A stretch of 64,000 nt of DNA from Steroidobacteraceae bacterium (GTDB taxonomy: Bacteria; Pseudomonadota; Gammaproteobacteria; Steroidobacterales; Steroidobacteraceae), in assembly GCA_027456605.1 (NCBI GenBank), contig DAIDUQ010000065.1, positions 5,009 through 69,008 on the forward strand. Direction: 5' to 3'. Positions 10,218 to 18,803 of this stretch are shown in pieces. The notes beneath the pieces were generated by a model. It was not told where the DNA came from and ran no database searches. It was given only the letters and a program-made list of their open reading frames with translations. The position numbers and the translations under genes are program-made. Within the stretch, counting starts at the first letter, position 1, and every line of letters begins with the position of its first letter.

Positions 10218-11399
10218 TCAGGCTCCTGCGCGGCTCTCCCGCTCGACGAATTCCCGCAGGCGTGCGGCGGCCGTATCGAGCGTCGCATCGCGCTTGGCGA
10301 TGCACAGGCGCACGAGCGACAGCGGCGGCGGCTCAGCATAAAACGGCGACAGCGGAATCGACGCCACCCCCGCCTCGGTGAGCAGACGCTCGGCGAACGC
10401 GCTGTCCCCCGGCGGACCGATCGCGCTGAAATCGAGCAGCTGAAAGAAGGTTCCCTGCGCAGGGGGCAGCCGTAGCGGTCCCCCGTCGAGCGCGGCGCGC
10501 AACCGGTCTCGCTTGGCGGTGAAGAATGCCGCCAGATCCGCGCCCGTCTCGGGCCGCGCCGTCAGATATTCGGCGATCGCCCATTGCAGCGGATGCGCGA
10601 TGCTGAATGTATTGAACTGGTGCACCTTGCGCAGCTCGCCGGTGAGCGGCGCCGGGGCAACCGCATAGCCGACCCGCAGGCCGGTCGCATGCAGCGTCTT
10701 GCCGAAGGAAAACACGACCAGGCTGCGCGCGCGCAGCTCCGGGTGTTGTAACACTGAAACGTGCGGGCGGCCGTCGAACACCATGTGCTCGTAGACCTCA
10801 TCGGAGAGCACCGTGATGTCGCGCCCCCGGATGACTTGCGCCAGCGCGTCGAGGTCCGCCGCTGTCGCGACCGTGCAGCTGGGGTTGTGTGGAGAGTTGA
10901 TCAGAATCAGCCGCGTGCGGGGAGTCAGCGCCGCGCGCACCCGGTCCCAGTCGTAGGCGAAAGCCGGCGGCGCGAGCGCCAGGCGGACACAGCGCGCGCC
11001 GGCGAGCCGCACCGCGGGCTCATACGCGTCGTAGGCCGGATCGAAGACGATGACCTCGTCGCCGGGGCCCACCACGGCCTGGATGCCCGAGTAGATCGCC
11101 TCGGTCGCCCCCAGGGTGATGGTGATCTCGCCGCCGGGGTCGGCGCGCAGACCGTAGATCGCCGCGAGCTTCGCGGCGATCCGCTCGCGCAGCGCCGGCA
11201 GCCCCTCCATGGGCGCGTACTGATTGTGGCCCTCGCGCATGGCGCGCTCGACGAGCTGCGCCAACCGAGGATCGATTTCGTAGTCGGGGAAGCCTTGACC
11301 GAGATTGATCGCGCCCAGGGATTGGGCGCGGCGCGAGATGACCGTAAAGATCGTCGTGCCGAGCTCGGGGAGCTTGCTGCGCGCGCTCCAGCTCATCAC
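10218..11399 (-). CDS. class I/II PLP aminotransferase (YbdL/methionine aminotransferase-like)
   Basis: 393 aa. Motifs: INLGQGFPDY, NQYAPMEGLPALR, FSFGKTLHATGLRVGY (PLP-Lys). Confidence 0.85.
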   Translation of the reverse strand: MMSWSARSKLPELGTTIFTVISRRAQSLGAINLGQGFPDYEIDPRLAQLVERAMREGHNQYAPMEGLPALRERIAAKLAAIYGLRADPGGEITITLGATEAIYSGIQAVVGPGDEVIVFDPAYDAYEPAVRLAGARCVRLALAPPAFAYDWDRVRAALTPRTRLILINSPHNPSCTVATAADLDALAQVIRGRDITVLSDEVYEHMVFDGRPHVSVLQHPELRARSLVVFSFGKTLHATGLRVGYAVAPAPLTGELRKVHQFNTFSIAHPLQWAIAEYLTARPETGADLAAFFTAKRDRLRAALDGGPLRLPPAQGTFFQLLDFSAIGPPGDSAFAERLLTEAGVASIPLSPFYAEPPPLSLVRLCIAKRDATLDTAAARLREFVERESRAGA

Positions 11400-11424
11400 G
11401 AGCGGATCCTCGGCGCGGCCGGCC

Positions 11425-12174
11425 TCAGGCGCCGGCTTCCGCGGCCGCGAGCGCCGCGCCGATCACTCCGGCCTGGCCGGTGAACTGCGCCGGCTCGATG
11501 CGCGCCTCCGAGCGCAGCAGCGGCCCGAAGTCGGCGAACCGCTCGCTGATCGCCCCGCCGAGGATGAACAGATCCGGCCAGAACAGCGCGTGCATGCGCT
11601 CCAGATACACGTTCACCCGCTCGATCCAGGCCCGCCAATCGAGGTTCTCCAGGGTCTTGACGTGCGCCGAGGCCCATTTCTCCGCGTCCATGCCATTCAG
11701 TTCCATGTGCCCGAACTCGCTGTTGGGAAACAGACGGCCCGCCGTGAACAGCGCCGAGCCGATCCCCGTGCCGAACGTCAGCATGATCACCGTGCCGGCT
11801 TCGCCGCGACCGGCGCCGAGGCGCACCTCGGCCAACCCCGCCGCGTCGGCGTCGTTCAGGAACAGCGCCGGGCGATTGAGCGTCCGGCGCACGAGCGCCG
11901 CCCCGTCCGCGCCGATCCAGGCGTGATCCACATTGGCCGCGGTGCGCGCGCGGCCATGCTTGACCACGGCAGGGAAGGCCAGCCCGATCCGGCCCCGCGC
12001 CTCGGGCAGGCGGGCCGCGAGGCCGGCGATCACCGGCATCATCGCCTCCGGCGTCGACGGTTTCGGCGTCGGCGCGCAGAGCAGCTCGCCGAGCAGCTTC
12101 CCGGCCGCCACGTCCACCACGCCGGCCTTGATCGAGGATCCGCCGACATCGATACCCAACATCTTGTCCGTCAT
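11425..12174 (-). CDS. ppgK: ROK family polyphosphate glucokinase
   Basis: 249 aa. Motifs: MLGIDVGGSSIKAGVVD, TFGTGIGSALF, EFGHMELNG. Confidence 0.8.
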   Translation of the reverse strand: MTDKMLGIDVGGSSIKAGVVDVAAGKLLGELLCAPTPKPSTPEAMMPVIAGLAARLPEARGRIGLAFPAVVKHGRARTAANVDHAWIGADGAALVRRTLNRPALFLNDADAAGLAEVRLGAGRGEAGTVIMLTFGTGIGSALFTAGRLFPNSEFGHMELNGMDAEKWASAHVKTLENLDWRAWIERVNVYLERMHALFWPDLFILGGAISERFADFGPLLRSEARIEPAQFTGQAGVIGAALAAAEAGA

Positions 12175-12295
12175 GCTTTGTTCGCGCCTGTATCTGGTCC
12201 AGGGAATGGCCGCCGCGGCCCGGCGCGCATCGCATGCCGGGCGCGCGGCGTCGCGAGTATTGCGACAACCACGGCCCCGCGCAAGATTCGCTTCC

Positions 12296-13636
12296 TCAGA
12301 CGTTCAAGAGCAGATGTTCGCGCTCCCAGGAGCTGATCACCTGCAAGAACACCTCATATTCCGCCTCTTTGACGATGGTGAAGGCCGACACGAACGATTC
12401 CCCGAGCAGTTTCACCAGCGCGGTGCTGCCGCGCAGCGCGCGCAGCGCCTCATCGAGCGAGCGCGGCAGGCCGAACGGCAGCTCGTGCGCGCTGCCGGAG
12501 ATCGGATCGGTGGGCTGCAGCCCTTCGATCATCCCCAGATAGCCGCAGGCGAGCGAGGCCGCCAGCGCGATATAGGGATTGGCATCGGCGCCGCAGATGC
12601 GATTCTCCACCCGCCGGTCCTGCGGCTCGGACATCGGCACGCGCAGCCCCGCGGTGCGGTTGTCGTAGCCCCAGTGGGCGTTGATCGGCGCCGACAGATA
12701 CCGGGTCAGGCGGCGGTAGGAGTTGACATTGGCGCAAAACAGGGCCATGGCCGCCGGCAGGTACTTCTGCAGGCCGCCGATGTGGGCGAAGAACAGCCGC
12801 GAAGGGCTCCCGTCGGGATTGCTGAACACGTTGCGGCGCGTCTTGATGTCGACCACGCTCTGGTGGATGTGCATGGCGCTGCCGGGCTCCTTGGCGTGGG
12901 GCTTGGCCATGAAGGTGGCGTACATCTTGTGCCGCAGCGCCGCCTCGCGCGCGGTGCGCTTGAACAGGAAGGCCTGGTCGGCCAGATCGAGCGGGTGGCC
13001 GTGAATCAGATTGATCTCCATCTGTGCCGGGCCGTCCTCGTGGATCAGCGTGTCGATCTCGATGTCCTGATCCTCGCAGAACTGGTAGATGTCGTCGAAC
13101 AGCGGATCGAACTCGTTGACCGCCGCGATGCTGTACGACTGGCGCCCCGGCTCGGCGCGCCCGGAACGTCCGACCGGCGGACGCAGCGGATAATCCGCGT
13201 CCTTGTTCTGCTCGACCAGATAGAACTCCAGCTCCGGCGCCACGACCGGCTCCCAGCCGCGTTGGGCATACAACTCGACGATGTTGCGCAGCAGGTGGCG
13301 CGGCGCCATGGTCACGCGCCGTCCGTCGGCGTAGAAGCAGTCGTGAATCACCTGCGCGGTCGGCTCGGCCGCCCACGGCACCCGCCGCACCGTTCTCGGG
13401 TCGGCCTTCAAGATGATGTCGATCTCCGCCGGACTCATCGCGTGGGCGGTATCGGGCGGATAGTCGCCGGTGACCGTCTGCAGGAACACGCTTTCGGGCA
13501 GGCGCATGCCGCCGTCCTCGGCGAACTTCCCCGCCGGCATGATCTTGCCGCGCGCGATGCCGGCCATGTCGGGAATGATCGCCTCGACCTCGGAGATGGC
13601 GTGATCCCGGAAGAATTGACCCAGCTCACTCACCAT
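12296..13636 (-). CDS. puuA: glutamine synthetase family enzyme, gamma-glutamylpolyamine (putrescine) synthetase-like
   Basis: Track ORF 12296..13744, with start reset to ATG 13636 (MVSELGQFFRDH). GS type III-like motifs: ELEFYLV, FMAKPHAKEPGSAMHIHQS, NRTAGLRVP. Confidence 0.8.
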   Translation of the reverse strand: MVSELGQFFRDHAISEVEAIIPDMAGIARGKIMPAGKFAEDGGMRLPESVFLQTVTGDYPPDTAHAMSPAEIDIILKADPRTVRRVPWAAEPTAQVIHDCFYADGRRVTMAPRHLLRNIVELYAQRGWEPVVAPELEFYLVEQNKDADYPLRPPVGRSGRAEPGRQSYSIAAVNEFDPLFDDIYQFCEDQDIEIDTLIHEDGPAQMEINLIHGHPLDLADQAFLFKRTAREAALRHKMYATFMAKPHAKEPGSAMHIHQSVVDIKTRRNVFSNPDGSPSRLFFAHIGGLQKYLPAAMALFCANVNSYRRLTRYLSAPINAHWGYDNRTAGLRVPMSEPQDRRVENRICGADANPYIALAASLACGYLGMIEGLQPTDPISGSAHELPFGLPRSLDEALRALRGSTALVKLLGESFVSAFTIVKEAEYEVFLQVISSWEREHLLLNV

Positions 13637-13647
13637 GGATATACCTT

Positions 13648-14403
13648 TCAACGAGCGCGTGCGCGCGCGCGGCATGCCGCGCCGAAGGCGGCAAACAGCG
13701 CGCGCGAGAGGGGATTGTCCACGGCTTTCCACTCCGGATGCCACTGCACCGCCAGGGCGAACCGTGGCGCCGGCGCCACCCGGAATGCCTCGATCAGACC
13801 GTCCGTCGCCCGCGCCTCGACGACGAGCCCCCCGCCCAGCCGTTCAATCCCCTGCCAGTGCAGGGAGTTGACCCGGACCCGATCGACACCGGTGAGCTCG
13901 CGCAGCAGGCCATCGGGCTCGAGCGTGACCTCGTGCGCCGGCCCGTACTGCACCTCGATCGGCTGCGTCTCGTCGTCGCGGTGATCCAGGTGCCCCGGCA
14001 CCTCATGCACGCGCTGATACAGGCTCCCGCCGAAGGCCACGTTGATCTCCTGGAAGCCCCGGCAGATACCGAGTATCGGGACACTGAGGGCCACCGCCTT
14101 GCGGATCAGCGGCAGCGTGGTGGCATCGCGGTCCGGGTCATGCAGCGTGCCGGGAACGCTCGGCGGACCGGCGTAATGGCGCGGCTCGACGTTCGACGGA
14201 CTGCCGGTGAACAGCAGCCCGTCGAGCCGCTCGATGAGCGCCTCGAATCCCAGCGCCTCGGCAAGCGGCGGGATCAGCACGGGGAGCGCATCGGCCACAT
14301 CGAGCAGCGCGCGGGCATATTTCTCCGCCGCCGCGTGAAACGGCTGCGGGCCGATCATCCGGCGGTCCGCGAGAAGGCCAATGAGGGGGCGCGCCGATGG
14401 CAT
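13648..14403 (-). CDS. puuD: gamma-glutamyl-gamma-aminobutyrate hydrolase family (class I glutamine amidotransferase, peptidase C26)
   Basis: C-terminal 251 aa of track ORF 13648..15618, from ATG 14403 (MPSARPLIGLLAD). Motifs: ILGICRGFQEINVAFGG (nucleophile Cys) and AVQWHPEW. Confidence 0.8.
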   Translation of the reverse strand: MPSARPLIGLLADRRMIGPQPFHAAAEKYARALLDVADALPVLIPPLAEALGFEALIERLDGLLFTGSPSNVEPRHYAGPPSVPGTLHDPDRDATTLPLIRKAVALSVPILGICRGFQEINVAFGGSLYQRVHEVPGHLDHRDDETQPIEVQYGPAHEVTLEPDGLLRELTGVDRVRVNSLHWQGIERLGGGLVVEARATDGLIEAFRVAPAPRFALAVQWHPEWKAVDNPLSRALFAAFGAACRARARAR

Positions 14404-14433
14404 GGGTGTGGCGGCTATTATAGGAGCATCACC

Positions 14434-15702
14434 ATGCCCGCCGCCCATGCCCCGTCGTACTATGCCGCCTCGGTTCACATTCCTGTCCCGAGAACGCCGC
14501 TTCGCGGCTCGGAGCGGGTCGAGGTCTGTGTGGTCGGCGGGGGAATCGCCGGCTGCTCGGCCGCACTGCATCTGGCCGAGCGAGGCTATTCGGTCGCCCT
14601 GCTCGAGCGGCACCGTATCGGCTGGGGGGCCTCCGGCCGTAGCGGCGGGGAAGTCCTGCACGGCGTGGCGTGCGCCCAGGAAACGCTCGATCGGCTGATC
14701 GGCGCGGCCGGCTCGCGAGCGGTGTGGGATGCGGCAAGCGAGGCGGTGAGCCTCACCCGCGCCCTGATCGCGCGACACCGGATCGCGTGCGAGTGGACCG
14801 ACGGCTATTTGCTCACCGCGCTCAAGCGTCGCCACGACCGTGAGCTGCGCGCGCATATCGAGACGCTGCGGACCCGGTTCGACTATGGCAGCGTCCGCTA
14901 TGTGCCCGGCGACGAGCTGCGGACCACCCTGGCCAGCCGGCGCTACCGCAGCGCGATGTTCGACGCCAACGGCGCCCATCTGCATCCTCTGGCCTATACA
15001 TTGGGACTGGCGGAAGCGGCCGAGCGCGCCGGCGCGCGCCTGTTCGAGGGCACGCGCGCCGTGGAGGTTACACCCGGTCGGGTGCGCACCGAAGCCGGCG
15101 AAGTGCGCGCCGCGCACATCATCCTGTGCGGCAACGCCTACCTGGGCCCGGCCGCGCCGGCGCTCGCCGCCAAGATCATTCCCGTCGCCGCCCACGTGAT
15201 CGCCACCGAGCCGCTCGGCGCGGCGCGCGCCGCCGCCCTGATCACCAACGACGCGGCGGTGAGCGACATGAACTGGGTGCTCGATTACTTCCGCCGCACA
15301 GCCGATCATCGGCTGCTGTTCGGCGGCCCGATCAGTTATGGCCGCGGCACGGACTTCGACGCCCGGGCCGCGACACGCGCCCGGCTGCTGCGGGTCTTCC
15401 CCCAGCTGGCCGATGCGCGCATCGAGTACGCCTGGAGCGGACTGCTCGACCTGACCGCGAACCGCGCGCCGCACTTCGGCCGTTTGCTGCCCGGCGTGTA
15501 CTTCGCGCAGGGCTTCTCGGGCCACGGCCTCGCGCTCGCGGGCATGGCCGGCAAGCTCATGGCGGAGGCGATCGCCGGTCAGGCCGAGCGCTTCGATGTG
15601 TTCGCGCGCATCCCGCACCGGGACTTTCCGGGCGGTCCGCTCACGCGCCGCCCGCTGCTCGCCCTGGCGATGCTCTCCTACCGGCTGCGCGACTTGCTGT
15701 AG
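14434..15702 (+). CDS. puuB: FAD-dependent oxidoreductase, gamma-glutamylputrescine oxidase-like
   Basis: In-frame ATG 14434 within track ORF 13738..15702. The dinucleotide fold is VCVVGGGIAGCSAALHLAERGYSVALLE. It is divergent from puuD with a 30-nt spacer. Confidence 0.75.
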   Translation: MPAAHAPSYYAASVHIPVPRTPLRGSERVEVCVVGGGIAGCSAALHLAERGYSVALLERHRIGWGASGRSGGEVLHGVACAQETLDRLIGAAGSRAVWDAASEAVSLTRALIARHRIACEWTDGYLLTALKRRHDRELRAHIETLRTRFDYGSVRYVPGDELRTTLASRRYRSAMFDANGAHLHPLAYTLGLAEAAERAGARLFEGTRAVEVTPGRVRTEAGEVRAAHIILCGNAYLGPAAPALAAKIIPVAAHVIATEPLGAARAAALITNDAAVSDMNWVLDYFRRTADHRLLFGGPISYGRGTDFDARAATRARLLRVFPQLADARIEYAWSGLLDLTANRAPHFGRLLPGVYFAQGFSGHGLALAGMAGKLMAEAIAGQAERFDVFARIPHRDFPGGPLTRRPLLALAMLSYRLRDLL

Positions 15703-15732
15703 GCGCCGGCGCCCCGCGCGCCGGCGAGCGTG

Positions 15733-16785
15733 TCAGGACGACCCACGCGCACCCTCCTGCTGGAGCAGCTCCGCGATCTGCACGGCATTGAGCGCCGCGC
15801 CCTTCAGGAGCTGGTCGCCCGCGACGAACAGCGCGATGGAGCGGCCGCTCGGATCGGACAGGTCCGCGCGGATGCGGCCGACCAGGATCGGATCGGTGCC
15901 CGAGGCGTCCGCCGGCATGGGAAAATAATTGCGCTCCCGGTCATCGACCAACTTCACCCCCGGAGCACCGCCGATCAGATCGCGCACCGTGTCCGGCGTG
16001 ATCAGCCGCTCGCACTCGAAGTTGATGGCGATCGAATGCGCGCGCAGCACCGGCACGCGCACGCAGGTCGCCGTGACGCGGATCGACTCGTCGTCATAGA
16101 TCTTGCGGGTCTCGTACAGCGCCTTCAGTTCCTCCTCGTTGTAGCCGTTGTCCGGATTGACGGCCGAGTTGTGACTGAACAGATTGAAGGCATACGGGTG
16201 CGGCAGGACGCGCGGCGTGAACGGTTGCCGCTCCAGATAGGCGCGGGTCGATTCGCGCAGCTCCTCCATCGCGGCGGCGCCACCGCCCGAAGCCGCCTGA
16301 TAGGTCGAGAGAATCAGCCGCTTGATCGGGTTGCGCCGGTGTACCGGCCACAGCGGCGTGATCGCGATGATCGTCGAGCAGTTGGGATTGGCGATGATCC
16401 CCCGGTGGGTCTTGACCCTGTGTGGATTGATCTCGGGCACGACCAGCGGCACGGTCGGATCGCGCCGGAACGCCGAGGAGTTGTCGACCACGACCGCGCC
16501 CTGCTGCACCGCGAGCGGCGCGAACCGCTTGGAGATGCCGCCGCCGGCGGAAAACAGCGCGATATCGACGCCGCGAAACGAGTCCTCGGCGAGCGTCTCG
16601 ACCACGAGCGGCTCGCCGCGAAACGGCAGCGTCTTGCCCGCCGAGCGCGCCGAAGCGAGCAGGCGCAGCTTAGCGAGCGGGAACGCCCGCCGCTCCAGGC
16701 AGCGCAGCAGCTCGACACCGACAGCCCCGGTGGCACCGACGACCGCGACCACCGGCGAGGCGCCGGCCGAACGACCAGATGACAT
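15733..16785 (-). CDS. asd: aspartate-semialdehyde dehydrogenase
   Basis: Track ORF 15733..16803. ATG 16785 is preferred because GGAG lies 7 nt upstream. Motifs: VAVVGATGAVG, IIANPNCSTI (active-site Cys), STYQAASGGG. Confidence 0.9.
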   Translation of the reverse strand: MSSGRSAGASPVVAVVGATGAVGVELLRCLERRAFPLAKLRLLASARSAGKTLPFRGEPLVVETLAEDSFRGVDIALFSAGGGISKRFAPLAVQQGAVVVDNSSAFRRDPTVPLVVPEINPHRVKTHRGIIANPNCSTIIAITPLWPVHRRNPIKRLILSTYQAASGGGAAAMEELRESTRAYLERQPFTPRVLPHPYAFNLFSHNSAVNPDNGYNEEELKALYETRKIYDDESIRVTATCVRVPVLRAHSIAINFECERLITPDTVRDLIGGAPGVKLVDDRERNYFPMPADASGTDPILVGRIRADLSDPSGRSIALFVAGDQLLKGAALNAVQIAELLQQEGARGSS

Positions 16786-16810
16786 GTGCAGACTCCGCTC
16801 CATAGGCTCA

Positions 16811-16849
16811 GAAAAAACGAAGGCCCCGACGGTCGCTCCGGCGGGGCCT
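16811..16849 (-). terminator. rho-independent terminator (minus strand) immediately upstream of asd
   Basis: The minus strand reads AGGCCCCG-CCGGAGCGACCGT-CGGGGCCT followed by TCGTTTTTTC. This is an 8-bp GC stem plus a T-tract. It lies about 25 nt before the asd SD. Confidence 0.75.
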
Positions 16850-17540
16850 CTGGGTGTCTTCGCGACTCTCGCGCATCTTCAGCGCACGCGGATCCCCAGA
16901 GCCCCCCGGCGGGGCGTCTTCAGAATCTTCGTGCGCTTTTTCATCGGGAACATACGGGCCCAGAAGCTACCGGAAGCGCCGCGCCCTGTAAAGGTCGCCC
17001 GGGAGCCGCCGCCGGATGAATCCCCGCGGCGGCGATCAAGCCACGAATGCGCTCGAGCTCGGCGGCCGTCACGGCCCGTCCGCGGCGGCGCATCGGTCCG
17101 CGCGAATCGACCCGGCCGGTTTCTCGAGCGGCGCGCCGCGCATTGGGCCGAATGACCCCGGCAGGAAGGAGCGGACCGCGCGAACGCGACGCGATGGCAG
17201 AGGCGCCGGGAATCCACGGGACACCGATCAGGCGAGGGCCGAGGGATTGGACGTGACCCAACAGAACAGTGATGGCCGGCACGGTCGTGCGCCTCGCGAG
17301 GAATAGTACGTACAGGCCGAAATGCGCAAATTTCAACTTGTGGCATACTTCAGGACGTCGGGGCGCAGAGCAGGAGGCGGCGCTCAGGTCGCCAGACGGA
17401 TCTGCGCCGGAGCGCAATGAGCCTTTTTATTGTTCTCGTGCCGCGAATTTCTCTCCGCTCCGAACCAACAGCGCAAGGATCACACGACGCGGGGGCAGCA
17501 GCTGGCGACGATGGCGCTCATTTTCTCAGGAGGCGGCTGT

Positions 17541-18728
17541 ATGGCTCGGTACCAGTTCCAGGTGGTTTACTTCGAGGCGACGCGCAGGTGCGATCTGCGC
17601 TGTCCGTACTGCATGACGGGAAGTAATGACGCGAAGAAGGTGCGCCGCAGTGTTCTCAGGGAACTCACGCTGGAGGAGATCCGCGAGCGGATCCTGACCC
17701 CCGCCCGCCGCCTCGGGGTACATACCATCGGCTGGAGCGGCGGGGAGTTTCTGCTGCGCAAGGATGCGCCGGAGCTGCTGCGCCTGACCGTGAACATGGG
17801 CTATCAGTGCTCCGTGCTCAGCAACTGCAAGAAACTGACGCGCGCGCGACTGGAGAAGATCCGCGACGTGACCGATGGGCGCGCAAGAATCGTCGTCGGT
17901 CTGAACGCGGTGGACGCAGAGAACCGGCAGACGCGCGACAGCGAGTCCGACCGGACGCTGCGGGTGCTCGAGGACTGCACCGAGCTGGGGCTCGGCCAGC
18001 ACGTGGTCATCACGATCGGCAAGTACAACACCGAGAGCTTCGCGAAGACCGTCGAATTCTGCGTCGAGCACAACATCGCTTACAATCGCTCGCCGCTGGT
18101 CCCACGCGGGTCGGGATCGGGCTGCTTTGCCGGCATGGGATTCGACAGGAATGATCTCGAGCGGCACTTTCATCCGGCGCTGCGCCGCCATCCGCACGGC
18201 TATGTGAGTTATACGCCGTATTTCCTCTCGCCCGAGCTTCATGCGCGGGTGTCCGGGGGCGCTCGCAACAATACGGTCCCGCAGAATCCCTCGATCGGCT
18301 GCTGGGTCGGATCGTGGCTCACCATCAACGCCGAGGGAGATGTCTCGGTCTGTCCCGTGCTGCTGGATGCGCTGAGCGGCGGGAACGTGCGCGACATGCC
18401 CATTGACGAGCTGGTCGAATCCAGTCCCTTCTTCGCCGAAATCACCGACCGTTCCGCTCTGCAGGGCCGTTGCGGCCGCTGCCGCTACCAGTACACGTGC
18501 GGGGGATGTCGGGCCATGGCGTTCTATCACACCGGGGATTACATGGGGGAGGATCCCACCTGTTTCTTCGATCCGGTGGATCGCTCCACAGTCAGCGAGC
18601 ATGAGGCGGAAACGAATCGCGTCTTCAAGGAATACCTGCTGGTGGCGCGGGCGGCCGGGGCGTACAAGCCGCCGGCAGGCTGCCGGCTTGGAGGATCGCC
18701 CGCTCCGAGAAGCCTCGCCAGAGGCTGA
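17541..18728 (+). CDS. radical SAM / SPASM-domain enzyme (PqqE/peptide-maturase-like architecture)
   Basis: ATG 17541 is preceded by AGGAGG (17528-17533), within track ORF 17430..18728. The radical SAM core shows FEATRRCDLRCPYC (CX3CX2C) and GWSGGEFLL. The C-terminal auxiliary-cluster Cys pattern is CWVGSWLTINAEGDVSVC ... CGRCRYQYTCGGCRAMAF ... DPTCF. Confidence 0.9.
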   Translation: MARYQFQVVYFEATRRCDLRCPYCMTGSNDAKKVRRSVLRELTLEEIRERILTPARRLGVHTIGWSGGEFLLRKDAPELLRLTVNMGYQCSVLSNCKKLTRARLEKIRDVTDGRARIVVGLNAVDAENRQTRDSESDRTLRVLEDCTELGLGQHVVITIGKYNTESFAKTVEFCVEHNIAYNRSPLVPRGSGSGCFAGMGFDRNDLERHFHPALRRHPHGYVSYTPYFLSPELHARVSGGARNNTVPQNPSIGCWVGSWLTINAEGDVSVCPVLLDALSGGNVRDMPIDELVESSPFFAEITDRSALQGRCGRCRYQYTCGGCRAMAFYHTGDYMGEDPTCFFDPVDRSTVSEHEAETNRVFKEYLLVARAAGAYKPPAGCRLGGSPAPRSLARG

Positions 18729-18803
18729 TTTTCCGCTCGCGCGCGGTACGCAGGCCCATCGTCGTATCCGTTGCGCATCATTCATGAGGCTGGAGCCCCG
18801 CTT

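Noticed and set aside
17155-17180. CCCGGCAGGAAGGAGCGGACC, superficially like the SRP-RNA domain IV GGAA/AGCA motif.
   Set aside because: The flanks lack the conserved GGAAGCAGCCAAGG core and the complementary 3' strand. It does not fold by eye into the 4.5S hairpin.
17338-17356. TGGCAT-N5-AGGAC, resembling a sigma-54 -24 element upstream of the rSAM gene.
   Set aside because: There is no TTGC -12 element at the required spacing.
17322-17420. 32-codon ORF (MRKFQLVAYFRTSGRRAGGGAQVARRICAGAQ) upstream of the rSAM/SPASM gene, considered as a RiPP precursor.
   Set aside because: It has only ~60% GC3 (genes here are >80%) and a weak SD, and it stops 120 nt before the maturase. The sequence gives no supporting evidence. 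It is worth a look only if Ribo-seq data exist.
17417-17626. 69-aa ORF overlapping the rSAM start in another frame, and the in-frame upstream extension from TTG 17430 / ATG 17511.
   Set aside because: GC3 is low and there is no SD. The AGGAGG 8 nt before ATG 17541 fits the shorter rSAM start much better.
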